The notes under the pieces are model-generated. The model saw only the letters and a list, made by a program, of their open reading frames with translations, was not told where the DNA came from and searched no databases. 64,000 bases of DNA. Origin: Lama glama. Taxonomy: Eukaryota. Shown one piece after another: positions 63,437-64,000 of the stretch; position 1 is the stretch's first letter, and each line of letters opens with the position of its first letter. The translations under genes were made by a program, and so were the position numbers. The stretch lies in NCBI GenBank assembly GCA_028534125.1, contig CM052817.1, positions 46,874,001 through 46,938,000 of the forward strand, written 5' to 3'.

Positions 63437-64000
63437 CTGCTTCTAAACAAAAGTCCAGCAGCCATTTGCCAGCAAACAGCCAGGATGTACAGGGTTACAT
63501 CACCAATCAGTCTCCAGAGAGCATTGTAGAAGAGGCTCAGGGAAAGTTAACAGAACTGGAACAGAGGATAAAAGAAGCCATAGAAAAGAATGCACAGCTG
63601 CAGTCCTTGGAACTGGCTCATGCTGACCAACTTACCAAGGAGAAGATCGAGGAGCTGAACAAAACAAGGGAGGAACAAATTCAGAAGAAGCAAAAGATTT
63701 TGGAGGAACTCCAGAAAGTAGAACGAGAGTTACAACTGAAAACTCAGCAGCAGCTAAAAAAGCAGTATCTAGAGGTTAAAGCTCAAAGAATTCAACTTCA
63801 GCAGCAGCAGCAACAGTCTTGCCAACATCTGGGACTACTAACTCCTGTTGGGGTTGGAGAACAGCTTTCAGAGGGAGACTATGCACGGTTGCAGCAAGTG
63901 GATCCTGTTTTGCTTAAAGATGAACCCCAGCAGACTGCTGCTCAGATGGGTTTTGCACCAATCCAGCCTCTGGCCATGCCTCAAGCTTTGCCTCTGGCGG
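63437..64000 (+). CDS. ANKRD17: ANKRD17 exon 15 (partial, runs off window): (A)ASKQKSSSHLPANSQDVQGY..., Glu/Gln/Lys-rich coiled coil, QQQQQQ, ...PLAMPQALPLA
   Basis: Acceptor tttttcacacag|CT; 564 nt without a stop in the phase expected from exon 14. Confidence 0.95.

Larger units (their letters stand above)
1..64000 (+). other. ANKRD17: ANKRD17 gene, partial (3' part of intron 1 to within exon 15)
   Basis: 14 AG/GT-bounded exons join with consistent phases into one ORF (VESFILDQDDLENPMLETASK...QALPLA). The peptides match my recollection of ANKRD17 rather than its paralog ANKHD1. There is no CpG island or exon 1 in the window. Confidence 0.95.

Noticed and set aside
38481..64000. Assignment to paralog ANKHD1 or to a pseudogene
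   Set aside because: Peptides fit ANKRD17 as recalled, and the intact introns, phases and ORF indicate a functional gene.

Overview
AT-rich, CpG-depleted mammalian genomic DNA lying entirely inside the ANKRD17 (MASK2/Gtar) gene on the + strand. Bases 1-38480 are the 3' part of the long first intron; exon 1 and the promoter are not in the window. Thirteen complete GT-AG coding exons and one partial exon follow (38481-64000, numbered 2-15 by analogy with the human gene). They splice into one uninterrupted frame encoding the N-terminal ankyrin cluster, a Pro-rich linker and a Gln-rich coiled coil. The introns are full of old repeats (L1, L2, MIR, MaLR/ERV LTRs, hAT-Charlie, Tigger) plus a younger L1 and four tRNA-Ala-derived SINEs, which suggest a camelid genome (inference from recalled repeat families). 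I found no convincing new multi-gene system. The best unexpected observation is a ~375 bp mitochondrial 16S rRNA fragment inserted into a Charlie1 transposon. It has an oligo(A) tail and an apparent ~16 bp target-site duplication, so it may be a retrotransposed NUMT; a second Charlie1 copy in the window shows the empty site. Other leads are splicing-related. Repeat family names are from memory, not a database search, and boundaries of old repeats are approximate.
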